DNA from: Armatimonadota bacterium
GTDB lineage: Bacteria; Armatimonadota; SYMT01
DNA length: 64,000 nt
Direction of reading: 5' to 3'
NCBI GenBank assembly: GCA_041690135.1
Contig: JAWLHY010000005.1
Location: forward strand, 307,261 to 371,260
The notes beneath the pieces are model-generated. The model worked only from the letters and a program-made list of their open reading frames with translations, was not told the origin of the DNA and searched no databases. The first letter of the stretch is position 1, and each line of letters begins with the position of its first letter. Below, one piece after another: positions 1 through 9,747 of the stretch. The position numbers and the translations under genes were made by a program.

Positions 1-76
1 AAGGAAGATGCATCACCTGGATTAGGCACGGCCTGGGACATCACCTGGGGCTATCCTCCGACGACGGAATCATACG

Positions 77-130
77 AAGAATGGGAGAAGGGGAGATGAG
101 CTGAAAAGCATCTCCCCTTCTCCCATTCTT
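77..130. terminator. Perfect 22-bp inverted repeat downstream of the MFS gene (terminator or REP-like hairpin)
   Basis: aagaatgggagaaggggagatg (77-98) / catctccccttctcccattctt (109-130). Confidence 0.6.
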
Positions 131-166
131 GTAACGGTGCGCTCGAAAGAGCAGCCGGAGTGCCGG

Positions 167-1540
167 TTAATCCGGCAGCGGCTTGCCCTTGGTTTCCGGT
201 CCCATCGCGGTCCCGATGAAGCCCAGCACGTAGATGAACGTCACACAGGTTGCGGCCATGGGGAACCCGCCTGCCTTGGCGCCTTGCGAGGCGAAGTGTG
301 CCGCCAGGCCGCCGAGTGCGGAAGGAGCGATCGCCGCGAGGATGCGGGCCGCGTTGTAGCAGAAACCACATCCGGTGGTGCGGAGCCGGGTCGGGAACAG
401 TTCCGGGAAGTAGATGGTGAACCCGGAGAGCGGCCCCAGGGTGCAGAAGCCCATCAACGGCGCCAGCACGAGGGCGCGCTGCATCGCCGCCTCGCCCGAT
501 CCGCCGACCCCCCAGAAGAAAATCAACACGGAAGCCCAGGCCGCGGCGAACCAGATGAACAGGGCGGTGCGGCGGTTGGACCGTTCGGCGTGCATCGCGA
601 AGAGATACATGCCGAAGAACGCCCCCAGGTTCTGGAGCAAGAACATCGTGCTGACTTGCTTACCGATGACCTTGTTGTCGAGGCCGAGGGTCAGCAGTTC
701 GGCGCGCACGAGGTCCGTGCTGAAAAAGCCCACACCCCAGAGCGCACCAACACCGGCCGTCGCCATCAGCATCGCGGCGATCGTGTTCCGGCGCAGCGTG
801 GCGTGCGTGAACAGCTCCGTGATGTTCCCCAGTTCCTGGCCGACCGACTTGGCCTCGTGCCACTGCTCGGGCTCCCGGACGGAGCGGCGGATCCACAGCA
901 CGAGCAGCGCGGGTACCGCGCCGACGAAGTAAGCGATGCGCCAGTTGGCTTCGATGCCGCCTTCCTGCCCACTGATCACCAGCGTGATGACCGACGCCAT
1001 CATGTTTCCAACGGCGGAAAGCGCCTGGAGCAGGCCGAGCGCCATAGGCCTCGAGCGGTTAGGGAACACCTCCGCCACCAGCGCCGCGCCGGCCGCCCAT
1101 TCACCGCCCACGCCCACTGCGGTCATGAACCGCATCCCGGCGTACACCTCCCACGACTGTACGAACGGGGCGCCGGAGAGGCCGGTGAAGATCGCGTAGA
1201 TCAGGATGGTGAGGATCATCGTGCCGGTGCGGCCGATCTTGTCGCCCAGAACACCGAAGACGAACCCACCCACGGACCAACCGATGAGGAAGAGACTGGT
1301 GATCCAGCCGCCTTTCTCCTTGACGGCATCCGACAAGCTCGTGCCGGAGAGCTCCGGATACTGGTGCTGAAGCAGCTCCGCGAGGGAAGGAGCGCGGACC
1401 AGATTGTAGAGGTTCTGGTCCATGGTATCGAAGAGCCACCCGAGGGCGGCGATGATCAGTACCACCCAGCAGTAGCGATCGAGACCTTGATACCAGGCCA
1501 GCTTACGCTCATCGGGGGCAGTCGACGCAGCACTAGACAT
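167..1540 (-). CDS. MFS transporter
   Basis: About 12 TM segments; GVLGDKIGR motif A; GVGGEW; YFPELFPTRLR; C-terminal PETKG. Confidence 0.92.
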   Translation of the reverse strand: MSSAASTAPDERKLAWYQGLDRYCWVVLIIAALGWLFDTMDQNLYNLVRAPSLAELLQHQYPELSGTSLSDAVKEKGGWITSLFLIGWSVGGFVFGVLGDKIGRTGTMILTILIYAIFTGLSGAPFVQSWEVYAGMRFMTAVGVGGEWAAGAALVAEVFPNRSRPMALGLLQALSAVGNMMASVITLVISGQEGGIEANWRIAYFVGAVPALLVLWIRRSVREPEQWHEAKSVGQELGNITELFTHATLRRNTIAAMLMATAGVGALWGVGFFSTDLVRAELLTLGLDNKVIGKQVSTMFLLQNLGAFFGMYLFAMHAERSNRRTALFIWFAAAWASVLIFFWGVGGSGEAAMQRALVLAPLMGFCTLGPLSGFTIYFPELFPTRLRTTGCGFCYNAARILAAIAPSALGGLAAHFASQGAKAGGFPMAATCVTFIYVLGFIGTAMGPETKGKPLPD

Positions 1541-1621
1541 AATAGTTGGTCTTTAACTACTCGGTAAGGGTCACTAAAGAGGCGCGGAGGGGCGACCGAG
1601 GGTTGGGAGAGCAGACTGAGG

Positions 1622-1652
1622 CATCGGGCGACCCGATACGGGTCGCCCGATG
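1622..1652. repeat. REP-like perfect 14-bp hairpin
   Basis: catcgggcgacccg-ata-cgggtcgcccgatg between two co-directional genes. Confidence 0.6.
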
Positions 1653-1684
1653 TTCGTACTTGAGAGGATGGATCTAAGTGGTGG

Positions 1685-3004
1685 TTAAACCTTCCACATA
1701 TCCTCGGTGATCTTGACGCGCTTGCCTTCGGCCATCGCCTTGTTGGCGGCGATGACGCAGGCCACGTCCACCAGGCCGACGCGACCGTCGCAGAACGGCT
1801 TGCGGTTCGTGCGGATGCAGTCGATCCAGTCTTCCAGGGAGAGGTACCAGTTGTTCTTGCTCTGCGGCGCGCCGCCGGAAGCAAGGGACTGGCCCGCCGT
1901 CTTGGCGCGCTTGTCCTGGTTGGTGGTCGCGGTGGCGTCGAGCTTGATGGCGCTCTTGTTGCCGACCTTGGTCTTGTTCTCGGAGAACTTCTCGAACTCG
2001 AACTCTTCGGTGCCCCGCTCGCGGAACATCATGTTCATGCCCGGGGACTCGCTGACGACCAGGGTGCCCTTGCGGCCCATGAACTGCTCGGCGAAGCCGT
2101 CGAACTCGTTCATCTCGATCGACTGGTAGCAGAGCTTGGCGCCGTTCGGGTACTCGAAGATGACCTGGACGTTGTCGTAAACTTCGCGTCCGTCCTTCCA
2201 GTAGTCCACGCCGCCCATGCCGACGACGGCGGAGGGATACTGCCCGAGGAACCAATTGGTAACGTCGATCTGGTGGCTACCGAGCTCGGCCATCAGGCCG
2301 CGGGAGTACTCGTTGTAGAGCCGCCAATTGAGCAGGTGCTCGAGCTTGGGATCCGGCACCGGGCGGCGCCAGTTGTTGCGGCGGTTCCACTGCGCCCGCA
2401 CGTGGGTGATCTCGCCGAAGTAGCCCTTCTTCACCAGGTCCAGCGCGTGGTGGTAGTCCACGCTGTAGCGGCGCTGGTGGCCGACCTGGAGGATGCGGTT
2501 GCCCTTATCGGCCGCCTTGATCATCTTTTTGGCGTCTTCGACCGTGTACGCCATCATCTTCTCGACGTACACGTGCTTGCCGGCGTTCAGGGCGTCGATG
2601 GCCATCGGCGCGTGGAGATACAGGGGGGTGGCGATGCCCACACCCTGGATGTCCTTGCGCTCCAGCATCTTGCGGTAATCTTTGTATCCCTCGCATCCCG
2701 CGCCGGCGATCTCCAGGCCCTTCTTGTAATTCGGCTCGTAGATGTCGGCGATGGCCACGATCTGCACGTTGCCCATCTTCATGAGCTGGCGCATATCGTT
2801 CTGGCCCTGGGTGCCGGTGCCGATCCAGGCGATCTTCACGGGGTCGGCGTTCTTGGCGCGCTCGACGGCCTGGGCCGCGGCCAGCTTGGGGTCCTGGGCA
2901 GCTTCGATCGCGCGGGCCACGGACATCGGCATTGCCACCGTGGCGGCCGCTGCCAGGGAGCCCTTCAGCATATCCCGGCGGGAGACGTTCTGTTCGTCAG
3001 TCAT
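1685..3004 (-). CDS. Tat-signal Gfo/Idh/MocA family oxidoreductase
   Basis: SRRDMLK twin-arginine leader; IGTGTQG Rossmann motif; AGKHVYVEK; ELGSHQID. Confidence 0.9.
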   Translation of the reverse strand: MTDEQNVSRRDMLKGSLAAAATVAMPMSVARAIEAAQDPKLAAAQAVERAKNADPVKIAWIGTGTQGQNDMRQLMKMGNVQIVAIADIYEPNYKKGLEIAGAGCEGYKDYRKMLERKDIQGVGIATPLYLHAPMAIDALNAGKHVYVEKMMAYTVEDAKKMIKAADKGNRILQVGHQRRYSVDYHHALDLVKKGYFGEITHVRAQWNRRNNWRRPVPDPKLEHLLNWRLYNEYSRGLMAELGSHQIDVTNWFLGQYPSAVVGMGGVDYWKDGREVYDNVQVIFEYPNGAKLCYQSIEMNEFDGFAEQFMGRKGTLVVSESPGMNMMFRERGTEEFEFEKFSENKTKVGNKSAIKLDATATTNQDKRAKTAGQSLASGGAPQSKNNWYLSLEDWIDCIRTNRKPFCDGRVGLVDVACVIAANKAMAEGKRVKITEDMWKV

Positions 3005-4058
3005 ACTCTAGTTGCTCCTCATCAGTGGCGCCGTCCGCGATCCGGACGTCGACCTCGCCGAACACCCGGACTTCAGGCCCGGACTGCGTTTCGGCATCCT
3101 TTTCCAACCCCGGGTCGGGCACGAGGATCGCTCCCACACCCGGGTACCTATCAACCAAAGACCGTGTTCCCTCCACCCCCAGGACGAAGGCCGCGGTCGA
3201 GAGCGCGTCCGTATCTGTTGCACTTTCCGCCGTTATGGCGGCGCTCCAGATTCCCTGTGCCGGCCAGCCGGTGCGCGGGTCCAGGATGTGACTGTACCGG
3301 CGCCCTTCGGCCTCAAAAAACTGTTCATAGTCGCCGGAAGTCGAGAGCGCTCGATCGCGCAGCCGCACCACTCCCAGCCGGACTTCCTCATTCCGCGGGT
3401 CCCGAATCCCGACTTCCCAGGCGTCCGCACCCGGAGGAGCGCCCAGGCCGTAGATCGTGCTGCCCCCACCGTGCAGCAGCGCCGCGCGGATCCCATACTC
3501 CCGAAGGACGCTCACCATCGCGTCGATGGCAAACCCCTTTCCAATCGCGCCCAGGTGGAGCTCCACCCCTTCCCGCTGGTAACGGACCGTCCGTTCTTCG
3601 GGATCCAGTTCCAGTAGCGCGCTGCCCACCCGTTCTCGCGCTTCGGCGATTGCCTCGGCGTCGGGCATCCCACCTTGCCCTCGGAAGAACCCCCAACACT
3701 TCACCAGCGGACCGGCCGTGGGGTCGAACGCTCCTTCAGTTATATCGCTCAGACGGACGGCTCTCTGCAGGAGCGCGAACAGTCCCGGCTCCAGGATCAC
3801 CGGACGATACTGGGCCCAAAGGTTCAGATCGCAGATGTCACTGTCCGGCCGATAATGACTGAGCTGCTCTTCCAGCCGCTCGACTTCGTCCAGGGCGTGG
3901 TGAGCCACATCGGCCAGGTAGTCCGGGTCTTCTCCGCAGAGAAGCACCTCGAACCGCGTACCCATAGACACCCGGGAGAGCTTGATGATGCAGGAATCCG
4001 AGCTTTCCGGTTCTGCTGCTGAAGAAGACCCATCCATTCCTTCTTTTCTCTTCGGCAC
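2997..4058 (-). CDS. apbE: FAD:protein FMN transferase (ApbE family), no obvious lipoprotein signal
   Basis: MGT, GAFDPT, LGAIGKGFAID, STSGDYE, YSHILDPRTG and DALSTA motifs; start codon uncertain. Confidence 0.92.
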   Translation of the reverse strand: MPKRKEGMDGSSSAAEPESSDSCIIKLSRVSMGTRFEVLLCGEDPDYLADVAHHALDEVERLEEQLSHYRPDSDICDLNLWAQYRPVILEPGLFALLQRAVRLSDITEGAFDPTAGPLVKCWGFFRGQGGMPDAEAIAEARERVGSALLELDPEERTVRYQREGVELHLGAIGKGFAIDAMVSVLREYGIRAALLHGGGSTIYGLGAPPGADAWEVGIRDPRNEEVRLGVVRLRDRALSTSGDYEQFFEAEGRRYSHILDPRTGWPAQGIWSAAITAESATDTDALSTAAFVLGVEGTRSLVDRYPGVGAILVPDPGLEKDAETQSGPEVRVFGEVDVRIADGATDEEQLEYD

Positions 4059-4155
4059 GGAGACTCCGGGTTCCTTCCGCGGCGGCGCGGTCGCCGGCTA
4101 CTTTCTCAATCTATTTGCGCCGTAATAATCGCAACCTGGTCGGATATGTGCGGTG

Positions 4156-5088
4156 CTACTTCTGGAGGCTCTGCACGCATGGCTGATGCCAGCCCAGCGG
4201 ACTGAATACCGCCAGAAGTTCCTTTAGGCCCAGCGCCGACGGCGGGCGCCCGGCCAGGGCGGATGCCGCGGCTTCCACCGCATTCGTACCGAACGATCGT
4301 CCGTTCAGGCTGGGCGTCGTGGTGAGCAGGCAGGCCACGCCCCGCTCGCGGAGTGCCGCCACATCCTTGGGGGTGGTGGTGTTGGTGACGATCCACTTCC
4401 CCGCCAGCGCACCGGCCCCCGCCGGCATATGCTTGGAGATGAACTTGTAGTCCCCCGCGATCACGTCCGCCCAGGCGTACCACTTTAGATACTTCGGCAC
4501 GTCGCGGCTTTCACCCGTGGGATACAGCCACTCGAAAGGCACGCGCTTGCAGATCGTGGGGAGCAGGACCCGTGTTAGCTTTTGGGTGGTCGCCAGGGAA
4601 TGAAGCGGCACCGGGATCCCCAGGGCGAACATCAGATCGCCGACCACGACCTTGGCGCCCTGCGCAGCCAGTTCCGCCGCCATCCCCCATCGGTCGGCGG
4701 CACAGACCATCAACACTCGCTTCCCGCGCAGGTCCAGTTGGCCGGATTCCACGGCGGTCTGCACGATATACGGCTCCCAGTACTGTTTCAGGACCGATCC
4801 GTCGCAAACGGGCTTCCGGGAGACCACGGAGACCATCTCATCCGCCTTGCGAAGAGAGTACTTCTCCGTGCCGGAGAACAGATAGCGATTGATGCCGCCG
4901 AGCCCGATCGCCGCCACGGCGGGGTCCAGGTCGAGTGCCGCGAGAGTTTCGGTGTAGGTCCGGTAGTTCCGCCCCACCCCACGCCGCTCGATCGTGAGCG
5001 GCACGCCTGACGGCGAGAGATCGGCGGTCCAATCGCGCGAGGGGGACCCCAGGGAGACACTTACGACCTTGCTCGAGGGTTCGCTCAT
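4156..5088 (-). CDS. Conserved protein of the family usually annotated quinate 5-dehydrogenase; real function uncertain
   Basis: VVSVSLGSPSRD, GLGGI, DRWGMA, GDLMFALG, GRSFGTN; family assigned from recall. Confidence 0.65.
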   Translation of the reverse strand: MSEPSSKVVSVSLGSPSRDWTADLSPSGVPLTIERRGVGRNYRTYTETLAALDLDPAVAAIGLGGINRYLFSGTEKYSLRKADEMVSVVSRKPVCDGSVLKQYWEPYIVQTAVESGQLDLRGKRVLMVCAADRWGMAAELAAQGAKVVVGDLMFALGIPVPLHSLATTQKLTRVLLPTICKRVPFEWLYPTGESRDVPKYLKWYAWADVIAGDYKFISKHMPAGAGALAGKWIVTNTTTPKDVAALRERGVACLLTTTPSLNGRSFGTNAVEAAASALAGRPPSALGLKELLAVFSPLGWHQPCVQSLQK

Positions 5089-5092
5089 GGAG

Positions 5093-5752
5093 TCAGCGCA
5101 CCGTTACGCCGTTGTTTTTCTCGAGAAGCTCTCCGACCTGCCGTTTGACGTCCGCCGCCATTCCCGGGGCCTTCTGGCGGAGTTCCGCATAGTGCATCCC
5201 AAAGGCAGCCTCGTAGGTGGGGTCGCTGGTTTGGGACATAGCGAGGAGCTCTTCCAGCACCAGGCGCTGGAGCACGCGGGGAGCATCGGGCAGCTCCTTG
5301 CGTGCGTCCCGGAGAAGGCGCACGCGCTCAACGGGATCTTTGCTCCGGTCCGCCTCGGCAAGGAGACGGGCCGAACGCGCGCAACGGGAACTCCAGTCCA
5401 GCAGGTCCTGGTCTTCGGCCTGCTCGGAGCGGAGTGGGAGGCCCTTGAGCGTGTTATGGGCCGCGATGTCTTCTCCCAGGCGGAAGTAGAGGGCGGCCAC
5501 CTCGCGCCGGATGGGGGTGGGAAGCAGCGGCCGGCGCCCCACGGAGTCCGTGGTGTGGAGCGCGGCCTCCAGTTCTCCGGCGTCCAATTGATGTGCCGCG
5601 CGGGCGATCAGGGCGGCGTGCTCCGCCGAGGCCCGCGAGACCCACACCCCCAGAGACAGCATCCCCGCCGCCACGAATAGGAGAATGATCCACAGCAAGT
5701 TGCGGCGGAGACGCAGGGAGACCGGTGCCAGGGGCTCGCGAGAACGGGACAT
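5093..5752 (-). CDS. Hypothetical membrane-anchored helical (TPR-like) protein
   Basis: One N-terminal TM followed by an alpha-helical region; abuts the next gene; start uncertain (ORF open to 5827). Confidence 0.6.
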   Translation of the reverse strand: MSRSREPLAPVSLRLRRNLLWIILLFVAAGMLSLGVWVSRASAEHAALIARAAHQLDAGELEAALHTTDSVGRRPLLPTPIRREVAALYFRLGEDIAAHNTLKGLPLRSEQAEDQDLLDWSSRCARSARLLAEADRSKDPVERVRLLRDARKELPDAPRVLQRLVLEELLAMSQTSDPTYEAAFGMHYAELRQKAPGMAADVKRQVGELLEKNNGVTVR

Positions 5753-6063
5753 CGAGAAAGCGCGCATACGAGAATGGGTGACACTCCACTCAACGTCGCC
5801 ACCTTGAAGACGGGATGAAGGGTCCATCTGTGAATACGCGTGGGAACTGGAGTAGTTCCCGAAGGTAGAGCAACCTGCTGGCGCCCAGTGCTTGCGAGCT
5901 TGTGTGCGTTTCCTGTCACGCCCAAGGCGTTAGTCTCTTACCAAGGTACTTCTGCGCAAAACGCGCACAAATGGCGTAGCTTCGGAAAGCTAACGAGCGG
6001 ATTCTGCAAAGCGGGAGAACGGGGGCAAAGGCAGCGGCGCGGAAGGCAGGGGGATTGCCCTAG

Positions 6064-6127
6064 CCCTATGCTCCGCCGGGTGTACTTCGCCGGGTAAACT
6101 CGCAAGCCTGCCCGGCGAAGCATAGGG
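6064..6127. repeat. 17-bp inverted repeat, REP-like
   Basis: ccctatgctccgccggg / cccggcgaagcataggg (1 mismatch), with an internal third partial copy cttcgccggg. Confidence 0.6.
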
Positions 6128-6300
6128 TCGCTGAGGCTCCTTCGCAAACTGCAAGTCCGTATGGATGACACCGTTTCCCTCTTGGTTCCGGCTACGCCGG
6201 GTTAGGTTCAGGGTGCGATGGGAGTCCAGGCGCCAGCCCGGGTTTTGCGAGCGGAGGCCGGCTCCCCTGCGGTGTCAGGACGGAATAGTTCCGGCCCTGA

Positions 6301-6452
6301 GGGGAGTCCGGACGCTAGTCCGGTAGCTCGCGATCCTGGTTTCGGATCCCCATTCTACTAAATCCACTCCGTTGTGCGCCTGGGTGGCTCGCCTTCCGCA
6401 TCAGGATCCTGAGGCATTGGTCGCGAACCGCCGGACTGTGTCCGGACTCCCC
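6301..6452 (+). ncRNA. Candidate rod-shaped structured RNA or MITE
   Basis: ggggagtccggac/gtccggactcccc closing stem extended by further paired segments, central bubble, apical ccactc/gggtgg hairpin; several non-Watson-Crick pairs are G-U on the + strand. Confidence 0.4.
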
Positions 6453-6588
6453 GCAAGTTCCACGATTCTAGTCGGGGCGACCACTCCGACAACAATTCCT
6501 CAGATCGAAATGGTGCCGAACGAGGAACCCTGTGGTTACCTTCCGGCGTCCCTCTTTATCCTTATCCGCCCCTCTTTGTCTTTTTCCA

Positions 6589-7599
6589 TCACTCTTCCTC
6601 ATCGCGGTAGCGGCGCGAGAGGAGGCGCTGAACGGCTTCGGGGAGGGGAGCGCCCTCGAACAGTACCCGGCGAAGTTCCTCCAGGATAGGCACGTCGATA
6701 CCCAGCATGGTGGCCAGGCGGCAGGCCGCATCGGTTGTGGGAACGCCTTCGGCGACCTGGTGGAGTTCCTCGCGGGCGTGCTCCAGCGTGTCGCCGCGCC
6801 CCAGGGCCAGGCCGAGTCGATAGTTCCGGCTCAGCGGGCTGTGCGCGGTGGCCAACAGGTCGCCGAGACCGGAGAGGCCGCTGAAGGTGGCTGCCCGCGC
6901 TCCCGCCGCTACCCCCAGGCGGGTCATCTCCGCCAGGCCGCGGGTCAGCATGCTGGCGCGGGTGTTGGCGCCGAAGCCCAGTCCGTCGCACATGCCTGCG
7001 GCGATCGCCAGGGGGTTCTTCAGCGCTCCCCCCAGTTCCACACCCGCCAGGTCGCTGTTGGTGTACACCCGGAAGAAGGGCGTGCTGAACACCTGCTGAA
7101 GCTCGCGGGCCAGGTGCGGGTCGGAGGCGGCCACCACGCTGGCGGTGGGGATGCGCCGCACGATTTCCGCCGACAGGTTGGGGCCGGAAAGGACCGCGAT
7201 ACGGGAGGGGGCGGTCCCGGACAGTTCTTCTTCCACGACCTGGGTAAGGCGTTTACCGGTCTCCCGCTCCAGGCCCTTGGCGGCGATGATGCAGGGAGTC
7301 GCCGCGGCCACCTCGGCGGTAGCGCGGGTGGTGGCACGAATCGCCTGGGTCGGCACCGCCAGCACGATGAGTTGCGCCGCGCCGGCACACTCTTGCAGGT
7401 CGGAGGAGAGGCGGATCCGGGGAGCGAGAGGCAATCCGGGAAGATACCGCGCGTTTTCACGCGCGGTATCGATTTCCCGGGCTCGTTCTGGGTCCCGGCA
7501 CCAGAGCTGGACTTCCCGCCCGTTTTCCGCGAGAAGCCAGGCCAGGGCCGTTCCCCAGCTTCCCGCGCCGAGCACGGCGATCGGCTTTGTAGTCGTCAT
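6589..7599 (-). CDS. gpsA: NAD(P)H-dependent glycerol-3-phosphate dehydrogenase
   Basis: GAGSWGTALA; LSGPN; GVELGGALKN; GLGDL; SRNY; AEGV. Confidence 0.96.
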   Translation of the reverse strand: MTTTKPIAVLGAGSWGTALAWLLAENGREVQLWCRDPERAREIDTARENARYLPGLPLAPRIRLSSDLQECAGAAQLIVLAVPTQAIRATTRATAEVAAATPCIIAAKGLERETGKRLTQVVEEELSGTAPSRIAVLSGPNLSAEIVRRIPTASVVAASDPHLARELQQVFSTPFFRVYTNSDLAGVELGGALKNPLAIAAGMCDGLGFGANTRASMLTRGLAEMTRLGVAAGARAATFSGLSGLGDLLATAHSPLSRNYRLGLALGRGDTLEHAREELHQVAEGVPTTDAACRLATMLGIDVPILEELRRVLFEGAPLPEAVQRLLSRRYRDEEE

Positions 7600-7638
7600 G
7601 CCGGAGGCTCCGAGGCCGCGACCTCGCGTGGACAGCCG

Positions 7639-8688
7639 TCAAGATTCGCGGCCAAGCGCATAGAGCGTGATGTCGTGGATCGCCTGTGCGTACGGGTCGG
7701 CACCGTTGGCGCGCGCCAGGGCGTCGAGAGCATTGCGAGTGTGCGCCTCCACCTGGGTCCTCACCCAGTCGGAAGTTTCCAGGGCCGCCATAACTTCCAG
7801 CACGGCGTCCACGTCGCGGGACGCCAACGCCTTTCGGAGTTGCTGACCGCGGTCGGTTCCGGCTGGCGCGGCGCTGAGGGCGTGAACTACCGGCAGGCTG
7901 CGCTTGCCCTGGATCAGGTCGTTACCGACCGGTTTGCCGGTAAGCGAGGGTTCGCCCCAGATTCCGAGGTAGTCATCCCGGCACTGGAAGGCGAGCCCGA
8001 AGCTGCGGCCGAACTCGCCCAGGTCGTCGATCCGCTCCGCATCGTTCGTTCCCAACTGTGCCCCCAGGCGCAGGGCTCCTTCGATCAAGGCCGCCGTCTT
8101 GCCCCCCGTCATCCGGAAGTAAGCGTCCAGCGACATCTCGTCAGCGTCCTGGGCGGCCATGTCGAGATACTGCCCTTCGGTCATCAGGACGATCGCCCGG
8201 TTGACGGTCCGGAAGGCGGCGACCAGGCGATCCGCCGGGCAGTTGCCGGAAAGGCGCAGCAGGGCCGAATCGACCATCGCCTGCATGTTGGAGCCGACGT
8301 TGATAGCCTGCGGAATCCCCCACAACTTCCACACGGTGGGGCGATGACGCCGCTCTTCATCGTTGTCTTCCACATCGTCGTGCACGAGGGAGAAGTTGTG
8401 GATGAACTCGATGGCGGCGCCGCCCGCGGCGGCCACCGGGCCGGAGCCCCCGACGGCCTCGCAGGCGAGGACCGTCAGCACTCCTCGCAGGCGCTTGCCG
8501 CCGTGCTTCTTCCGGTCGGCGGCGGCCATCTTACGCAGCGCTTCGTCGTACCAGCCCAGGTGGTAGCGAGACCAGCGATAGAGGTCCAGGTCGTTCGAGG
8601 CGGAGGCGAGGGTCGCCTCCATTTCTGCATCCAGCCAGGGTACGCGCTCATCGATCAGCGCGGCGGTCACGGAAGGAATCAAGCTCAT
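7639..8688 (-). CDS. Polyprenyl synthetase (GGPP synthase-like)
   Basis: GGKRLR; HNFSLVHDDVED..RR; GQYLD; KTA; FQCRDDYLGIWG; KRS. Confidence 0.92.
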   Translation of the reverse strand: MSLIPSVTAALIDERVPWLDAEMEATLASASNDLDLYRWSRYHLGWYDEALRKMAAADRKKHGGKRLRGVLTVLACEAVGGSGPVAAAGGAAIEFIHNFSLVHDDVEDNDEERRHRPTVWKLWGIPQAINVGSNMQAMVDSALLRLSGNCPADRLVAAFRTVNRAIVLMTEGQYLDMAAQDADEMSLDAYFRMTGGKTAALIEGALRLGAQLGTNDAERIDDLGEFGRSFGLAFQCRDDYLGIWGEPSLTGKPVGNDLIQGKRSLPVVHALSAAPAGTDRGQQLRKALASRDVDAVLEVMAALETSDWVRTQVEAHTRNALDALARANGADPYAQAIHDITLYALGRES

Positions 8689-8900
8689 AGTGGGAAGGTA
8701 ACGGTAGCACGAGGAAACAACCGTCACGTTCGGCCGACCGCGGCCGGACTCCTTCCGCCTGCACGATTACGCGGGAAATGACCGCAACTTTTGTCATGGC
8801 CCGGGGTCGTAGGGAGTTGCGTGAAACATACATCGCTTCACTCCCTTCATGGAGAACCCCGCGGACATAGGTCCGCGGGGATTTTTCTTAGCCGATCCGC

Positions 8901-9440
8901 TTAAGCGGCGTTGCGCCCTGTGCCGGGCACGGCCACTATCTCTTCGTCCCCTTCTCCCGTGTCATAAGAGGTGACCTCGGGCTCACTCCAGCTTCCCATG
9001 GAGGGCCCGTCCGTGCTGCGGAGCCGGCCCGTCGCGGTCGCGCCGGTCATTGGCTGGGCGGTGCCCGTGGCGATCTCGGCCGCACTGCGCCCCGGACCGC
9101 CGTGCGGCGCCAGGTTCCGTTCCTGTTCTTCCCGCGTCTCCGGGAGGAGTTCCTGTTCCGTCCAACGGGTCTGGACGAAGTCCTGCCCGATGATCAGCTC
9201 TTCCCAGGGAACGAGGTATGACTTGACATTGAAGTTCATGAACTTCTGATAGTCCAGGAACGCGAAGCACGGTTCGAGGGTGTTCGGATCGACGTACACC
9301 TCTTTCACCGTCCCGACCTTGTGGCCGGTGGTATTCAAAATCTGGTAGCCGCGGATGTCCTGGAAATTGAACTCCCGCTTCCCTTCCAGGTCGCTCATCG
9401 GCATATAGGCCTGCAGGCGGTTGCCGGACGAAGTTTCCAT
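8901..9440 (-). CDS. PRC-barrel domain protein
   Basis: DIRGYQILNTTGHKVGTVKEVYVD..LVPW; RBS GGAGG before ATG at 9440. Confidence 0.8.
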   Translation of the reverse strand: METSSGNRLQAYMPMSDLEGKREFNFQDIRGYQILNTTGHKVGTVKEVYVDPNTLEPCFAFLDYQKFMNFNVKSYLVPWEELIIGQDFVQTRWTEQELLPETREEQERNLAPHGGPGRSAAEIATGTAQPMTGATATGRLRSTDGPSMGSWSEPEVTSYDTGEGDEEIVAVPGTGRNAA

Positions 9441-9567
9441 AAGGCTGCCTCCCCCTTTCGATCTTCTGCTCAGTGCGCCGGCTCTGTTTCTTTCCCGGCA
9501 TCTCGCTCTCGAGCGTGACGCTCGAACCCGATCCGAGCCCACACCGGCCCCGAGACTTCACACGGAT

Positions 9568-9594
9568 GTACCCGGCGGTTCGAGACCCTGAAAC
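9568..9594 (-). promoter_or_regulatory. SigB/SigF-like promoter for the PRC-barrel gene
   Basis: GTTT-N17-GGGTAC on the minus strand. Confidence 0.55.
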
Positions 9595-9606
9595 GCCAGG
9601 GAGAGT

Positions 9607-9631
9607 GTTTCGGGCTAACCGCCTCGGGTAA
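9607..9631 (+). promoter_or_regulatory. SigB/SigF-like promoter for the BON gene
   Basis: GTTT-N15-GGGTAA. Confidence 0.65.
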
Positions 9632-9747
9632 AGTCGCAGTGATATCCGGGAACGGTGGGTGCAGGGAGGATCGGCGCGGCAGATCCACCAGCGTGGACCC
9701 CACGGATTCCGGAATGTTTTGCGGCAGGGGCCGGCAGGAGGGAATAG

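Noticed and set aside
1551-1652. Repeated DPYRV peptide in ORF 1456-1884
   Set aside because: Arises from REP-like palindromes in an intergenic gap; the ORF overlaps two real genes
6532-8781. Long antisense ORFs (also 137-1567, 2273-3862, 32383-34866, 37147-38760, 61557-63455)
   Set aside because: They mirror well-supported genes on the opposite strand; typical stop-poor shadow frames of GC-rich DNA
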